Assembly (NCBI GenBank): GCA_016840855.1
Contig: JAEORO010000214.1
Span: forward strand, 1 to 37,689
Source of the DNA: Candidatus Thorarchaeota archaeon
GTDB lineage: Archaea > Asgardarchaeota > Thorarchaeia > Thorarchaeales > Thorarchaeaceae
Length of the DNA stretch: 37,689 nucleotides
Direction of reading: 5' to 3'
A model generated the notes under the pieces. That model was not told where the DNA came from. It ran no database searches and worked only from the letters and a program-made list of their open reading frames with translations. Position 1 is the first letter of the stretch, and every line of letters begins with the position of its first letter. A program made the translations under genes and the position numbers. Below, one piece after another: positions 1-8,474 of the stretch.

Positions 1-2
1 CC

Positions 3-314
3 CGTGATGTTGCTAATGAGCTTGCAGACGCTGGTTTAGACCGCATTCAGATCTCTCTTAACGCACAAGATCCTGAAACATATTTTCGGTTGTGCAAACC
101 CAAATTTGGAAGAGGCGCTTTTGAATCTATTCTTGATTTCGTTGAAGAATGTAAGCCATTATTTAAAGTCGAGCTGTCCGCTGTAGACATTCCCGGTATA
201 GATATCGAAGCTTGCCGAGGGATTGCTGAACGATTAGGCGTTGGTTTCAGGGTACGTGTTTTTAAGGGTCCTGAGGGAGCACTTGAAGGCATTCTAAGGA
301 CTCTTGCATCCTAA
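3..314 (+). CDS. TatD-family-associated radical SAM protein, C-terminal part (5' truncated by window edge)
   Basis: Frame is open from base 3: RDVANELADAGLDRIQISLNAQDPETYFRLCKPKFG...AFESILDF...DIEACRGIAERLGVGFRVR. This matches the C-terminal pattern of TatD-associated radical SAM proteins; the CxxxCxxC motif would lie outside the window. Confidence 0.75.
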   Translation, partial: RDVANELADAGLDRIQISLNAQDPETYFRLCKPKFGRGAFESILDFVEECKPLFKVELSAVDIPGIDIEACRGIAERLGVGFRVRVFKGPEGALEGILRTLAS

Positions 315-360
315 TCAGGGAGTGAACAACTATATCTGCAAGATAGAACTGCTTCTATCC

Positions 361-1200
361 ATGACTCTCCGAAACCTTGTCGATGGAATATTTGTTGACA
401 CAGATGGTACCAATGGCGGAAATTATGGGGCTATTGTTCTAGAAGATGAGGTTGTCATGATTGATGCAGGAATGATTCACACTAAAAGCCGCGAAGTAAA
501 GGACTTTTTGATAAAAGAAACCGGTCTACCAATTCTAAAAATCGTATTTACACATTCTCACAGCGATCATGTATTCGGTGCTCAAGCTTTCGAACCAGTG
601 AGTCTTATTGCATCTGCGCCAACTAGGAAACGTTGTGAAGAGAACCTGAAGGGAGATTGGAAAGTTGAAAACCTGAAGAAGAACTATGCTGATGTGAAAG
701 ATGAGCGACCCGATTTATGGCATGCACTTCAGGATCTTTCAATACGTTTACCTGATGTAGTTTTCAAGACCTACATTTTCCTTGGTAATAATGAAGAGAT
801 CTCCGTAAAACTTCTGGGGGGTCACACAGCAGGTTCTGCTACAATTATTTCACACCCACACAATGTAATTTTCATTGGAGATTTGATGTTCAGCGGCCAG
901 TTTCCTTATGGAGGAGACCCTACTTGTGATCCTGACAGATGGATTATGGCTTTGGAAGAGATTCTCAATCTTGGCATTGAAACCATTATCCCAGGACATG
1001 GTCCTGTGTGTGGTTTAACTGAATTGGAGGAATATATGCAGGCTCTTATCGATTTGCGAGCAAATGTTGAAGATGCCACAAGCTCTAGTATGACAGTTCA
1101 GGAGTTCATGAATGAAGGCATGATTCCTCAAGAGATTCAAAACGGAGCTGAACGATTTGCTGAACGTACTTTGAATCATTGGTTTCAATTCTATGGATGA
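361..1200 (+). CDS. MBL-fold metallo-hydrolase (cyclase-like)
   Basis: THSHSDH (HxHxDH), GGHT, GDL and PGHG motifs. ATG at 361 preferred over the track's start at 304. Confidence 0.9.
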   Translation: MTLRNLVDGIFVDTDGTNGGNYGAIVLEDEVVMIDAGMIHTKSREVKDFLIKETGLPILKIVFTHSHSDHVFGAQAFEPVSLIASAPTRKRCEENLKGDWKVENLKKNYADVKDERPDLWHALQDLSIRLPDVVFKTYIFLGNNEEISVKLLGGHTAGSATIISHPHNVIFIGDLMFSGQFPYGGDPTCDPDRWIMALEEILNLGIETIIPGHGPVCGLTELEEYMQALIDLRANVEDATSSSMTVQEFMNEGMIPQEIQNGAERFAERTLNHWFQFYG

Positions 1201-1209
1201 TTGATTTGT

Positions 1210-3123
1210 ATGAATCTTTGGGAGTCTGTGCGGATAAAGGATCTTGAACTAGACAGCCGCTTGATAATGCTTGCAACACACCTTGGCTACTGTGATGAGG
1301 ACGGGATGGTCACTGATCGCCTTGTGGATTTCTACAGCGAACGTGCAAAACACCAGCCTGGCTTGATAATTGTTGGAGGCTGCTATTCTGAGCATCTGGG
1401 AATGAGCACACCAACCATGATCGGCATAAGCAAGGATGAGCACTTAGAGGGTTTACAAAGACTCACAGACGCCATTCATTCGTATGATGTTCCAGTTGCT
1501 GCACAACTTTATCATGCAGGACGATATGCACATTCTATCATATTGGGTGAAAAAGCTGTTTCTTCGTCAGAGGTAAAGTGTCGGTTAACAAGAGAAACAC
1601 CCCGTGCATTAACGCTGGCAGAGATTAATAGGACAATAGAGAATTTTGGTAACGCTGCAAGAAGAGCAAAACATGCAGGATTTGATGCGGTGGAGATCAT
1701 CGGTTCAGCTGGTTATCTCATCAATCAATTTCTAGCAAAAGCGACCAATAAAAGGAACGATGAGTATGGAGGCGACTTCGGTTCTAGATCAAAATTCCCT
1801 CTAGAGATTGTTGCACAAGTGAGAAAGGTTGTTGGATCTAAGTTTCCCATACTATACCGAATGAGTGGAGAAGACTTTGTCTCGGAAGGTCTTACTCTTG
1901 AGGATAACAAGATACTTGCTCCTAAACTTGTCAAGGCAGGCGTAGATTGCTTGAACATAACTGGAGGTTGGCACGAAACTAGAGTTCCTCAGATAACCAT
2001 GAATGTTCCTAGAGGTGGGTACACATACTTGGCAGAAGGGATTGCCAGTGTTGTAGATGTCCCAGTAGTTGCATGCAATCGTATCAACAGTGTGAGGCTT
2101 GCAGAGCGCATTCTGTTAAGAGGTAAAGTCCAGCTTATTGGCATGTCAAGAGGGTTACTTGCAGATCCTGCTCTGCCAACCAAAGCACGTAATGGACTGC
2201 ATTCAGATATACTTCCATGTATTGCATGCAATCAAGGCTGTCTTGACAAAGTCTTCATGATTGAACCTGTTACATGTACACTTAACCCACTTGCAGGAAA
2301 TGAGACGGAACGAAAGCTGGGTCCTTCCGGAATTGGACGGATTGCTATTATTGGAGGCGGAGCTGCAGGGCTGGAGAGTGCTCGTGTGCTTCGATTAAGA
2401 GGTTTTGATGTAACTCTCTTTGAACAAAGCAATCGACTTGGAGGACTACTCAATCTTGCAGCCAAAGTTCCTGGGAGGGGTGAGTTTGCTGCTTATGTGA
2501 TTTATATGGAGCGCGAACTCAAGAAACTTGGTGTTGAGATCAGACTTAATGAACAAGCAACAGTGGGTAAACTCGTCGATTTAGAGTTTGATTGTATCAT
2601 TGTTGCTGCTGGTACTATTGCCGGAGCACCACCAATTGATGGTGTGGAGATGGCTCATGTGACATCTGCATATGATGCCATATCATTTGGTCTGGACAAC
2701 CTAAGCACCGTTTCGATAATAGGAGGAAGTGCCTTAGGTTGCTATGTAGGGCTATATCTTGCATCAAGAGCAAATTCAGTGCATATTTTTGAGTCTGATG
2801 AAGCTCTAGGAGTTGATCTCAGTAGAACAACAAGATGGGTCATTTTGAAGGGTCTCAAAGAAAAAGGAATTCACACTCATCTCAACACCCAGGTGACAGA
2901 GATAGACACCGATTATATTTCATTACTCACTGAAGGTCGATACAGAAAGATGGACACAACAACAGTGGTTCTAGCCACGCGGCCACAACCAAATGACCGT
3001 ATATTGAAACGCCTCTCAAAAACGGGCATTCGCACAGAAGTGGTCGGTTCAGTAAAAGAATCGATGAACCTCCTTGATGTCATACATGATGCTTATGATT
3101 TGGCAAACTCTCTTCAACTCTAA
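1210..3123 (+). CDS. fadH: 2,4-dienoyl-CoA reductase-like NADH:flavin oxidoreductase (OYE barrel, 4Fe-4S cluster, FAD domain)
   Basis: QLYHAGRYA, EIIGSAGYLINQFL, TGGWHETRVPQI, CIACNQGCLD...CTLNP cluster motif and GGGAAG Rossmann motif. ATG at 1210. Confidence 0.85.
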   Translation: MNLWESVRIKDLELDSRLIMLATHLGYCDEDGMVTDRLVDFYSERAKHQPGLIIVGGCYSEHLGMSTPTMIGISKDEHLEGLQRLTDAIHSYDVPVAAQLYHAGRYAHSIILGEKAVSSSEVKCRLTRETPRALTLAEINRTIENFGNAARRAKHAGFDAVEIIGSAGYLINQFLAKATNKRNDEYGGDFGSRSKFPLEIVAQVRKVVGSKFPILYRMSGEDFVSEGLTLEDNKILAPKLVKAGVDCLNITGGWHETRVPQITMNVPRGGYTYLAEGIASVVDVPVVACNRINSVRLAERILLRGKVQLIGMSRGLLADPALPTKARNGLHSDILPCIACNQGCLDKVFMIEPVTCTLNPLAGNETERKLGPSGIGRIAIIGGGAAGLESARVLRLRGFDVTLFEQSNRLGGLLNLAAKVPGRGEFAAYVIYMERELKKLGVEIRLNEQATVGKLVDLEFDCIIVAAGTIAGAPPIDGVEMAHVTSAYDAISFGLDNLSTVSIIGGSALGCYVGLYLASRANSVHIFESDEALGVDLSRTTRWVILKGLKEKGIHTHLNTQVTEIDTDYISLLTEGRYRKMDTTTVVLATRPQPNDRILKRLSKTGIRTEVVGSVKESMNLLDVIHDAYDLANSLQL

Positions 3124-3208
3124 TACATTTCCCTGCCTAAGCGGATATTCTTAAATTGATACAAGCGAAGTCGCACACCAATCTAGATGACTTGGAGACA
3201 AACACACA

Positions 3209-4381
3209 TTGGCTTTCGATGATAACTCTAGTAGTATTATAACATATCCAACGTTTGCTGAATTAAATGACATTCTTTTACTCCACTTTGAAATCGTAAC
3301 AAGTGTCCTTGAGTTCGGCATGCCAACGTTTATTGTTCGTTGGCCTGCTGGTGTCGTTGAAACCAATGAAAAGCAAGATCAGGTCTTCAAAGAGCTAACC
3401 AATTTGACAAAGCCTCTCAAAGTCTGGCCGCTTGTAAGATGGAAGGACAAACAAGAAGGTGAGTACTTCATTAGGTTTGTTCCAATTCAAAAACCAGGTC
3501 CAAGCAACAAGAGGATTAACTATGCCCTATTTATTGCCACTCTAGCAACTATAGCAATTGGAGGCCTTCTTCAAGCCACAAGTCAGGTATTCTTAACTCT
3601 TTTCTACCCTGGTGGCTGGACATATCTCGATATTGCATATGTTACGATTACGTTCATGTTAGCACTCATGGGGATAATCTTCACTCATGAGATGGGGCAC
3701 TATCTCATGTGCAAACGAAAAGGGATTGAGGCATCTCTTCCATATTTCATTCCTGGTCTTCCCCAGATCGGAGGCACCTTTGGAGCATTCATTTCGCAAA
3801 AGAGTCCACCAAACAATAGAGAAGATCTTATCGACATGGGTTTGGCAGGTCCTCTAGCTGGCTTTGCAGTCACTCTGGTTGTACTGTTCGTTGGATACCT
3901 GATGTCTGTGCCGGTTACTGCGCAGGAGCTAATCGCTATTGATGAAACTTTTCCAGGCATGTCTGGGGAACTTGCCACACCTCTTCTTTTCACACTGATT
4001 GGTTATATCTTTACAGACTTCGTCCCTACGGGTGGAACATTGTATATGCATCCCATTGCTTTTGCGGCTTGGGTGGGTATGCTGGTGACAGCCTTGAATC
4101 TGTTTCCAATTGCACAGTTAGACGGTGGCCATGCATTGCGAGCTATAGTTGGTCCCAGATGGCACAAACAGATTGGTTGGGTTGCGCTATTGATAATGTT
4201 GCTCACAGGGTACTATTTGATGGCAATCTTAATACTTGCACTATCATCTGGCGGGGATCATCCTGGTCCGTTGAATGACACAGTAAAGATATCAAATGGT
4301 AGAATTATTGCGTTCATAGCTGCAATGATAATCCTCGTCTTGTGTATTCCACCTCTATGGCAAATGATGGGTCTTTTTTAG
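3209..4381 (+). CDS. Site-2 protease family (M50) intramembrane zinc metalloprotease
   Basis: HEMGH and NLFPIAQLDGG motifs, several TM helices, soluble N-terminal region. Confidence 0.92.
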   Translation: MAFDDNSSSIITYPTFAELNDILLLHFEIVTSVLEFGMPTFIVRWPAGVVETNEKQDQVFKELTNLTKPLKVWPLVRWKDKQEGEYFIRFVPIQKPGPSNKRINYALFIATLATIAIGGLLQATSQVFLTLFYPGGWTYLDIAYVTITFMLALMGIIFTHEMGHYLMCKRKGIEASLPYFIPGLPQIGGTFGAFISQKSPPNNREDLIDMGLAGPLAGFAVTLVVLFVGYLMSVPVTAQELIAIDETFPGMSGELATPLLFTLIGYIFTDFVPTGGTLYMHPIAFAAWVGMLVTALNLFPIAQLDGGHALRAIVGPRWHKQIGWVALLIMLLTGYYLMAILILALSSGGDHPGPLNDTVKISNGRIIAFIAAMIILVLCIPPLWQMMGLF

Positions 4382-4454
4382 GTCAGAAAGTATGTCCTTG
4401 AAAAATCCGTAAAATTAACATGTGCTAGTGCATGCAAAAACGCCGGTTATTATA

Positions 4455-5555
4455 ATGGGCGCTGGACGATTTGTTACTCCCGTCGTAATGTTCATTCTAG
4501 GAATGATTGTAATACTTCAATTGATTTCCACAATTACTGAAGGAATGCCCTCGACTCCTTTGATCCCCGATGTTTTATCAAACAGTTTGGGAACTGATAT
4601 TGTTACGATAATGGTCATCGCCTTCCCAATTCTCTTTCTAGAGTACTACATATTTGCAGTTCCTATCGCAGTAATTCTCTTAATTGCTACTAAGATAATA
4701 AAATCGACTAGATATGAACTAAACATCATGAACATCGGTAGGGATTTTGGAGGTGCGCAAATAGTTCGTCGAGCAGCAGCTCCTGCGCTTTTTGCTGTTG
4801 CATCTGCTGAACTATTTCGTACTCCTCTAAGACTCTACCTCTTCGGTCCTAACTTTGATCCTGCTGTTGAACTTGTTCCAGAGCTTGTACCATTGTTTCC
4901 TGTAGTTGTATCCCTTATGAGTTCACTACTTGCAGTCCCGATAGCACTACTCTTGTTTATGCCCACATGGGTTCTAAATGACGCTGGTGTAGTCACTCAC
5001 TTGAAGTCTGATAGACTGAATTTGCGACAATGTCCAGACACCCAAGGCGTTGGTCGATGGATTGCTAATATGCTTGGAGGATACGCACTCTTAGCTTTCC
5101 CAATAACCATGTTTCTGAATCATTTCTATGAACCTTTGATTCTTCCATGGCTAGAAGGAACAATTTTTTCAAATGAACAGATTTTCTATCAGTTAACAAC
5201 AGGGACTCTCTGGACAATAGGTCTTCCATTCTTTGTCATGACATTTATTCTTCCAGTGATTATATTCAATGAAGCAATGCAAAAGCGATCGACTGTTCGA
5301 ATTTTAAAACTTGCAACGCGATTAGGTGCAAAAATGGTTCGGAAAGAAAGAATTCAGGAAATCAAGCGACTTAGTTCTGTCTATGACGAAGAAAAGGCTG
5401 CAACAGTGGAACTGTACGCTGAAGCTGCAAACAAAGAGATAGTTTCTACGCAGAAGAGTATCAAGTCGAAAAGTAAAACAGCTATCACGTCATCAGATAA
5501 GAAGAGGACAACTATCACGAAGAAAAAGGAGAAGTTCAAGAAGTCAAAGAAATAG
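4455..5555 (+). CDS. Hypothetical polytopic membrane protein with Lys-rich C-terminal tail
   Basis: Long ORF with about 6 hydrophobic segments and a basic tail (KKRTTITKKKEKFKKSKK). Start uncertain (4422 GTG or 4455 ATG). Confidence 0.75.
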   Translation: MGAGRFVTPVVMFILGMIVILQLISTITEGMPSTPLIPDVLSNSLGTDIVTIMVIAFPILFLEYYIFAVPIAVILLIATKIIKSTRYELNIMNIGRDFGGAQIVRRAAAPALFAVASAELFRTPLRLYLFGPNFDPAVELVPELVPLFPVVVSLMSSLLAVPIALLLFMPTWVLNDAGVVTHLKSDRLNLRQCPDTQGVGRWIANMLGGYALLAFPITMFLNHFYEPLILPWLEGTIFSNEQIFYQLTTGTLWTIGLPFFVMTFILPVIIFNEAMQKRSTVRILKLATRLGAKMVRKERIQEIKRLSSVYDEEKAATVELYAEAANKEIVSTQKSIKSKSKTAITSSDKKRTTITKKKEKFKKSKK

Positions 5556-5579
5556 GAGTTATCAAGGAGTTTGCTTCTC

Positions 5580-5738
5580 TCAATGTTTTGCAGTCCTTTC
5601 TTGAGTTTCATATTTATCTAGCGACTGTCTTACTGCTTCTCTCACAAAGGCTGGAAATGATTTCCATGAGTCTTTGACATCTAATCTTTCAAAGCGGTCT
5701 TGGAGCGCCTTTGGAATTCGTACCATTGTGTCTACCAT
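5580..5738 (-). CDS. Ribbon-helix-helix (CopG/Arc/MetJ-like) DNA-binding protein, 52 aa; not in ORF track
   Basis: Hand translation MVDTMVRIPKALQDRFERLDVKDSWKSFPAFVREAVRQSLDKYETQERTAKH*: beta-ribbon TMVRIP, helix A, then S..AFVREAVR helix B. Alternative in-frame ATG at 5750. Confidence 0.8.
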   Translation of the reverse strand: MVDTMVRIPKALQDRFERLDVKDSWKSFPAFVREAVRQSLDKYETQERTAKH

Positions 5739-5784
5739 TGTGCAACTCATCCTGACGCTTGTCTTTTGCTTCTTAAATAGACAA

Positions 5785-5825
5785 GTATATAACCATTCGT
5801 ATACGGGATGTATACAGAGGTATAC
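5785..5825. promoter_or_regulatory. TATA-like box plus three phased GTATAC palindromes (candidate RHH operator)
   Basis: GTATATAA at 5785-5792; GTATAC at 5799, 5810 and 5820 (11 and 10 bp apart), between divergent genes. Confidence 0.6.
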
Positions 5826-5831
5826 ATAGGC

Positions 5832-6128
5832 ATGGTAAGTGAAGGCAGCCCCGCTGTTATGAAGGAAATAACTCCAGAATATCCCCCAAAACGTAGGTTT
5901 TCACGCGGATTTAAGAATCAAAATGAAACTAAACCGCACGAACCTGTCATAAAGGGATGTTTCAACTGTTGTCATCATCTGAGTAAGTTGTACTATTGGA
6001 AACAAAGCCCGTGCGATACATGCCTTCGATCGCCTGCTTATTACTACCGTCTATCAACTCGAGACCTCACCGATTACTGGCAATCCATATCGTCAAGTTG
6101 GACCTCACGGAGGAATATGCTCTATTGA
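5832..6128 (+). CDS. Small Cys-rich putative zinc-binding protein (CxxC...CxxC)
   Basis: CFNCC-x13-CDTC followed by DYW; divergent from the RHH gene. Confidence 0.6.
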   Translation: MVSEGSPAVMKEITPEYPPKRRFSRGFKNQNETKPHEPVIKGCFNCCHHLSKLYYWKQSPCDTCLRSPAYYYRLSTRDLTDYWQSISSSWTSRRNMLY

Positions 6129-6136
6129 GAGAAAAA

Positions 6137-6283
6137 ATGAAGAGAAGCACAGAGGCTTATCCCAGTTCAGTACTTCAGATCATGAGTGTAGATGACCTTC
6201 TCGTCACACTACTGAAAGTAAGTGCTTTCATGTTCTTTCTCTTCATCTTTCTATTCCTACTTGTCGTGGGTGTCACACCTTAA
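6137..6283 (+). CDS. Small single-TM protein (48 aa)
   Basis: MKRSTEAYP...LLVTLLKVSAFMFFLFIFLFLLVVGVTP; ATG lies 8 bp after the stop of the preceding ORF. Confidence 0.45.
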   Translation: MKRSTEAYPSSVLQIMSVDDLLVTLLKVSAFMFFLFIFLFLLVVGVTP

Positions 6284-6344
6284 GATTTCATCTTACACCG
6301 CTTGTATCGATTCCGCATTCGGTCCCAACAGTCTTTGAGCACTA

Positions 6345-6398
6345 GGAGAGCCCGAGGCTTTGGATAATTCTCTCCCGGCCTTCCTCGGGCTTTCCAAA
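6345..6398. terminator. GC-rich stem-loop between convergent genes
   Basis: GGAGAGCCCGAGG (6345-6357) pairs with CCTCGGGCTTTCC (6383-6395), 13 bp including one G-U on the + strand. Confidence 0.5.
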
Positions 6399-6409
6399 CC
6401 TCATCTATT

Positions 6410-7228
6410 TCATCCCTTTCTTTTGATTACTATAAGTAAAATAACAACGACAAGGACTCCTCCTCCAGCAATGAGCAGGATCGTCATATCTGGCGGTTCT
6501 CCATCGCCATTAGTTGTAGTCGTGGTAGTTGTAGTAGTTGGTACCAGCTCTTCAGCAGGTGTGACTATGATGTTGTCAATTGCTGGGCCGGGCATTGAAT
6601 AGAATGAAAACACGTCAGATGATGAGAAAGTCCCAAGAACGAACTCCATTTGGATTGTTCCATTGAATGCTACCGTGAAGTTACCGTCAAGACTTCGAGT
6701 AATGTGAATATGATGCCACCCTGAAACATCTGCTGAATCATATACACTCACAGGTACGATTGAGAAGCTTCCAACGTTTCGTTGATAGAAAATAAAGTCA
6801 TTGTCCCAAGAACCAAAAACACCTGTAACAACCATAATGCCATATTCTGCTGGGGGGCTGTTGATGTCCGTTGGTAACGCTGACACAAATGCAATATAGA
6901 AGTGGTTGTATTCTGTAGCTGCACAATCTACATCAAAGCTCCAATTGCCATAAGCCACATTGCTAGTATGATAAGCTCGACTGGTTTCCTCACCATATAC
7001 ACGCATTGTGTAATCTTCAGCAGTGATATTTGCATCTTCTTGAGTCGCAGGAAGTTCTGTTGAATTCCAGCCATCCACAGTCCATCCATCAAGAATCCCA
7101 TCATTGAAATCATCAGACCATCCGTAAATCTGACTAGCAACAAAGCCAGTGTCAGAACCTACTGTAAGATTTGGCATTGTCAAACACAGAATTACCAGAA
7201 AAACAAGAAAGCCTAACCTTTTCTTCAA
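6410..7228 (-). CDS. Cell-surface protein: signal peptide, beta-rich (possibly ConA-like) domain, poly-Thr linker, C-terminal TM anchor
   Basis: MKKRLGFLVFLVILCL signal, T9 linker, TM helix followed by KRKG. GGAGGAG RBS before the TTG start. Confidence 0.8.
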   Translation of the reverse strand: MKKRLGFLVFLVILCLTMPNLTVGSDTGFVASQIYGWSDDFNDGILDGWTVDGWNSTELPATQEDANITAEDYTMRVYGEETSRAYHTSNVAYGNWSFDVDCAATEYNHFYIAFVSALPTDINSPPAEYGIMVVTGVFGSWDNDFIFYQRNVGSFSIVPVSVYDSADVSGWHHIHITRSLDGNFTVAFNGTIQMEFVLGTFSSSDVFSFYSMPGPAIDNIIVTPAEELVPTTTTTTTTTNGDGEPPDMTILLIAGGGVLVVVILLIVIKRKG

Positions 7229-7301
7229 TACGATCTCTCCTCCATCTTTCTACGCGTTATACTACCTATATGAAAAGTGTTTTGGAACTATGAACAGAAT
7301 T

Positions 7302-7338
7302 AAAAAAAAGGATTTCCCCGGAGGAACCGGGGAACATC
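7302..7338 (-). terminator. Hairpin plus U-tract terminator of tbp
   Basis: Minus strand reads TTCCCCGG-TTCCT-CCGGGGAA followed by ATCC and an 8-T run. Confidence 0.7.
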
Positions 7339-7345
7339 AGATGAA

Positions 7346-7951
7346 TTACCAGTCTTCTTCTTCGTAGTCTTCGAGACCCCAATCCTCGCCTTCTGGGATT
7401 CTCATGACTCCAAGTTCTAGAAGGCGATCCATCACTTTCTCTGCAGCCTCATCAATCTGTGGTTCGAACTTTGCACCTGTTATGACAAGCTTTCCAGAAC
7501 CGAATAACAGAATGACAACCTTTGGGTCTCGCATTCTGTAGATTAGTCCTGGGAACTGCTCTGGTTCATACAGTGTGTTCTCTAGCTTCATAGCTGCAAG
7601 CTCGAGATTAAGTTCTGCTCCTAGACTAGCACTTGCAACAATATTCTGGACAACAATAATTGGTTTGCCGGTAATTTCAATACCAGCTTCCTTAATGTTT
7701 TTGACTATCTTGTGAACTGCACGCTTTGCTTCCTTCTCGCTCTTTGCCCCGGTGCATACCATCTTTCCTGAGTTGAAAATCAGAGTTGCTGTCTTGGGTT
7801 TCTTAAGACGGTACACTAGACCGGGAAATTGCTCGGGGTCGAACTCGACATTGGGCATAGTAGCCGCAATCTCATCGAGATCAAGTCGCTGATTCAAAAT
7901 TACAGAAGCGACAACGTTTTCTATCTTTGTCTTTGGTTGTGGACGTGGCAT
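7346..7951 (-). CDS. tbp: TATA-box-binding protein
   Basis: Two TBP repeats (ENVVAS...EQFPGLVYR...LIFNSGKMVCTGAKS; QNIVAS...YEPEQFPGLIYR...LLFGSGKLVITGAK) and an acidic C-tail. Confidence 0.98.
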   Translation of the reverse strand: MPRPQPKTKIENVVASVILNQRLDLDEIAATMPNVEFDPEQFPGLVYRLKKPKTATLIFNSGKMVCTGAKSEKEAKRAVHKIVKNIKEAGIEITGKPIIVVQNIVASASLGAELNLELAAMKLENTLYEPEQFPGLIYRMRDPKVVILLFGSGKLVITGAKFEPQIDEAAEKVMDRLLELGVMRIPEGEDWGLEDYEEEDW

Positions 7952-7976
7952 CTGCTCTAACCTGCCTTTTTTCTTG

Positions 7977-8025
7977 CCTTATATAGTATATAAGGGACTT
8001 TGAGATTCTATATAAGAGCCTTTTT
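7977..8025 (-). promoter_or_regulatory. tbp promoter (BRE-TATA) with downstream double-TATA palindrome
   Basis: Minus strand AAAAAGGCTC-TTATATAG (8025-8008); palindrome CCTTATATA-G-TATATAAGG at 7977-7995. Confidence 0.65.
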
Positions 8026-8095
8026 AAATGTGAGCAATGGCACATCTATTTTTGTGCGAGCGCTGAATTCTGTTGACCGTTACTGTGCAATCCTG

Positions 8096-8467
8096 TCAAC
8101 AGTCGCTGTCGTTTCTCTTGATAACGATGACTTTGACTTTGACATCTTCTGCAATGTCCCCGAAGGCTTGAAGGAAGTATTTAGATGCGTCTGCCAATCC
8201 CTCCTTCCCTTTGGGCGTCAGATGATATATTATCTGTCTACCCTCTCTGCGACCTTTGATGAAACCTCCCTCTTTTAGTTCCTTCAAGGCGGGATAAATA
8301 GTGCCTGGTGTTGGTTTTGTCCCTCTTCTTGTAGCAATCTTCTCTGCTATCTGTTGGCCATTCATTTCTTCTTTATCAAGCTCCCAAAGGATTTGAAAAG
8401 TAAGGAGTCCTCTCATATCGCAGCACTCAGGGGGACAACATGCTTCACTATCCTTCGGGTCGCTCAT
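8096..8467 (-). CDS. PadR-family winged-helix regulator with N-terminal CCxxxCC
   Basis: MSDPKDSEACCPPECCDMRGLLTFQILWEL...PTPGTIYPALKEL...YHLTPKG. ATG at 8467; the track's longer N-terminus runs through the promoter. Confidence 0.9.
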   Translation of the reverse strand: MSDPKDSEACCPPECCDMRGLLTFQILWELDKEEMNGQQIAEKIATRRGTKPTPGTIYPALKELKEGGFIKGRREGRQIIYHLTPKGKEGLADASKYFLQAFGDIAEDVKVKVIVIKRNDSDC

Positions 8468-8474
8468 GTAAAAA

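Noticed and set aside
1198-1212. MBL hydrolase TGA directly followed in frame by fadH (possible Sec readthrough fusion)
   Set aside because: Both proteins are complete, the TGA is not at a redox-motif position, and GGATGA can serve as RBS for ATG 1210. No SECIS-like element was identified.
6512-6538. Trinucleotide-like repeat
   Set aside because: It encodes the poly-Thr linker of a surface protein and is not a CRISPR or mobile repeat.
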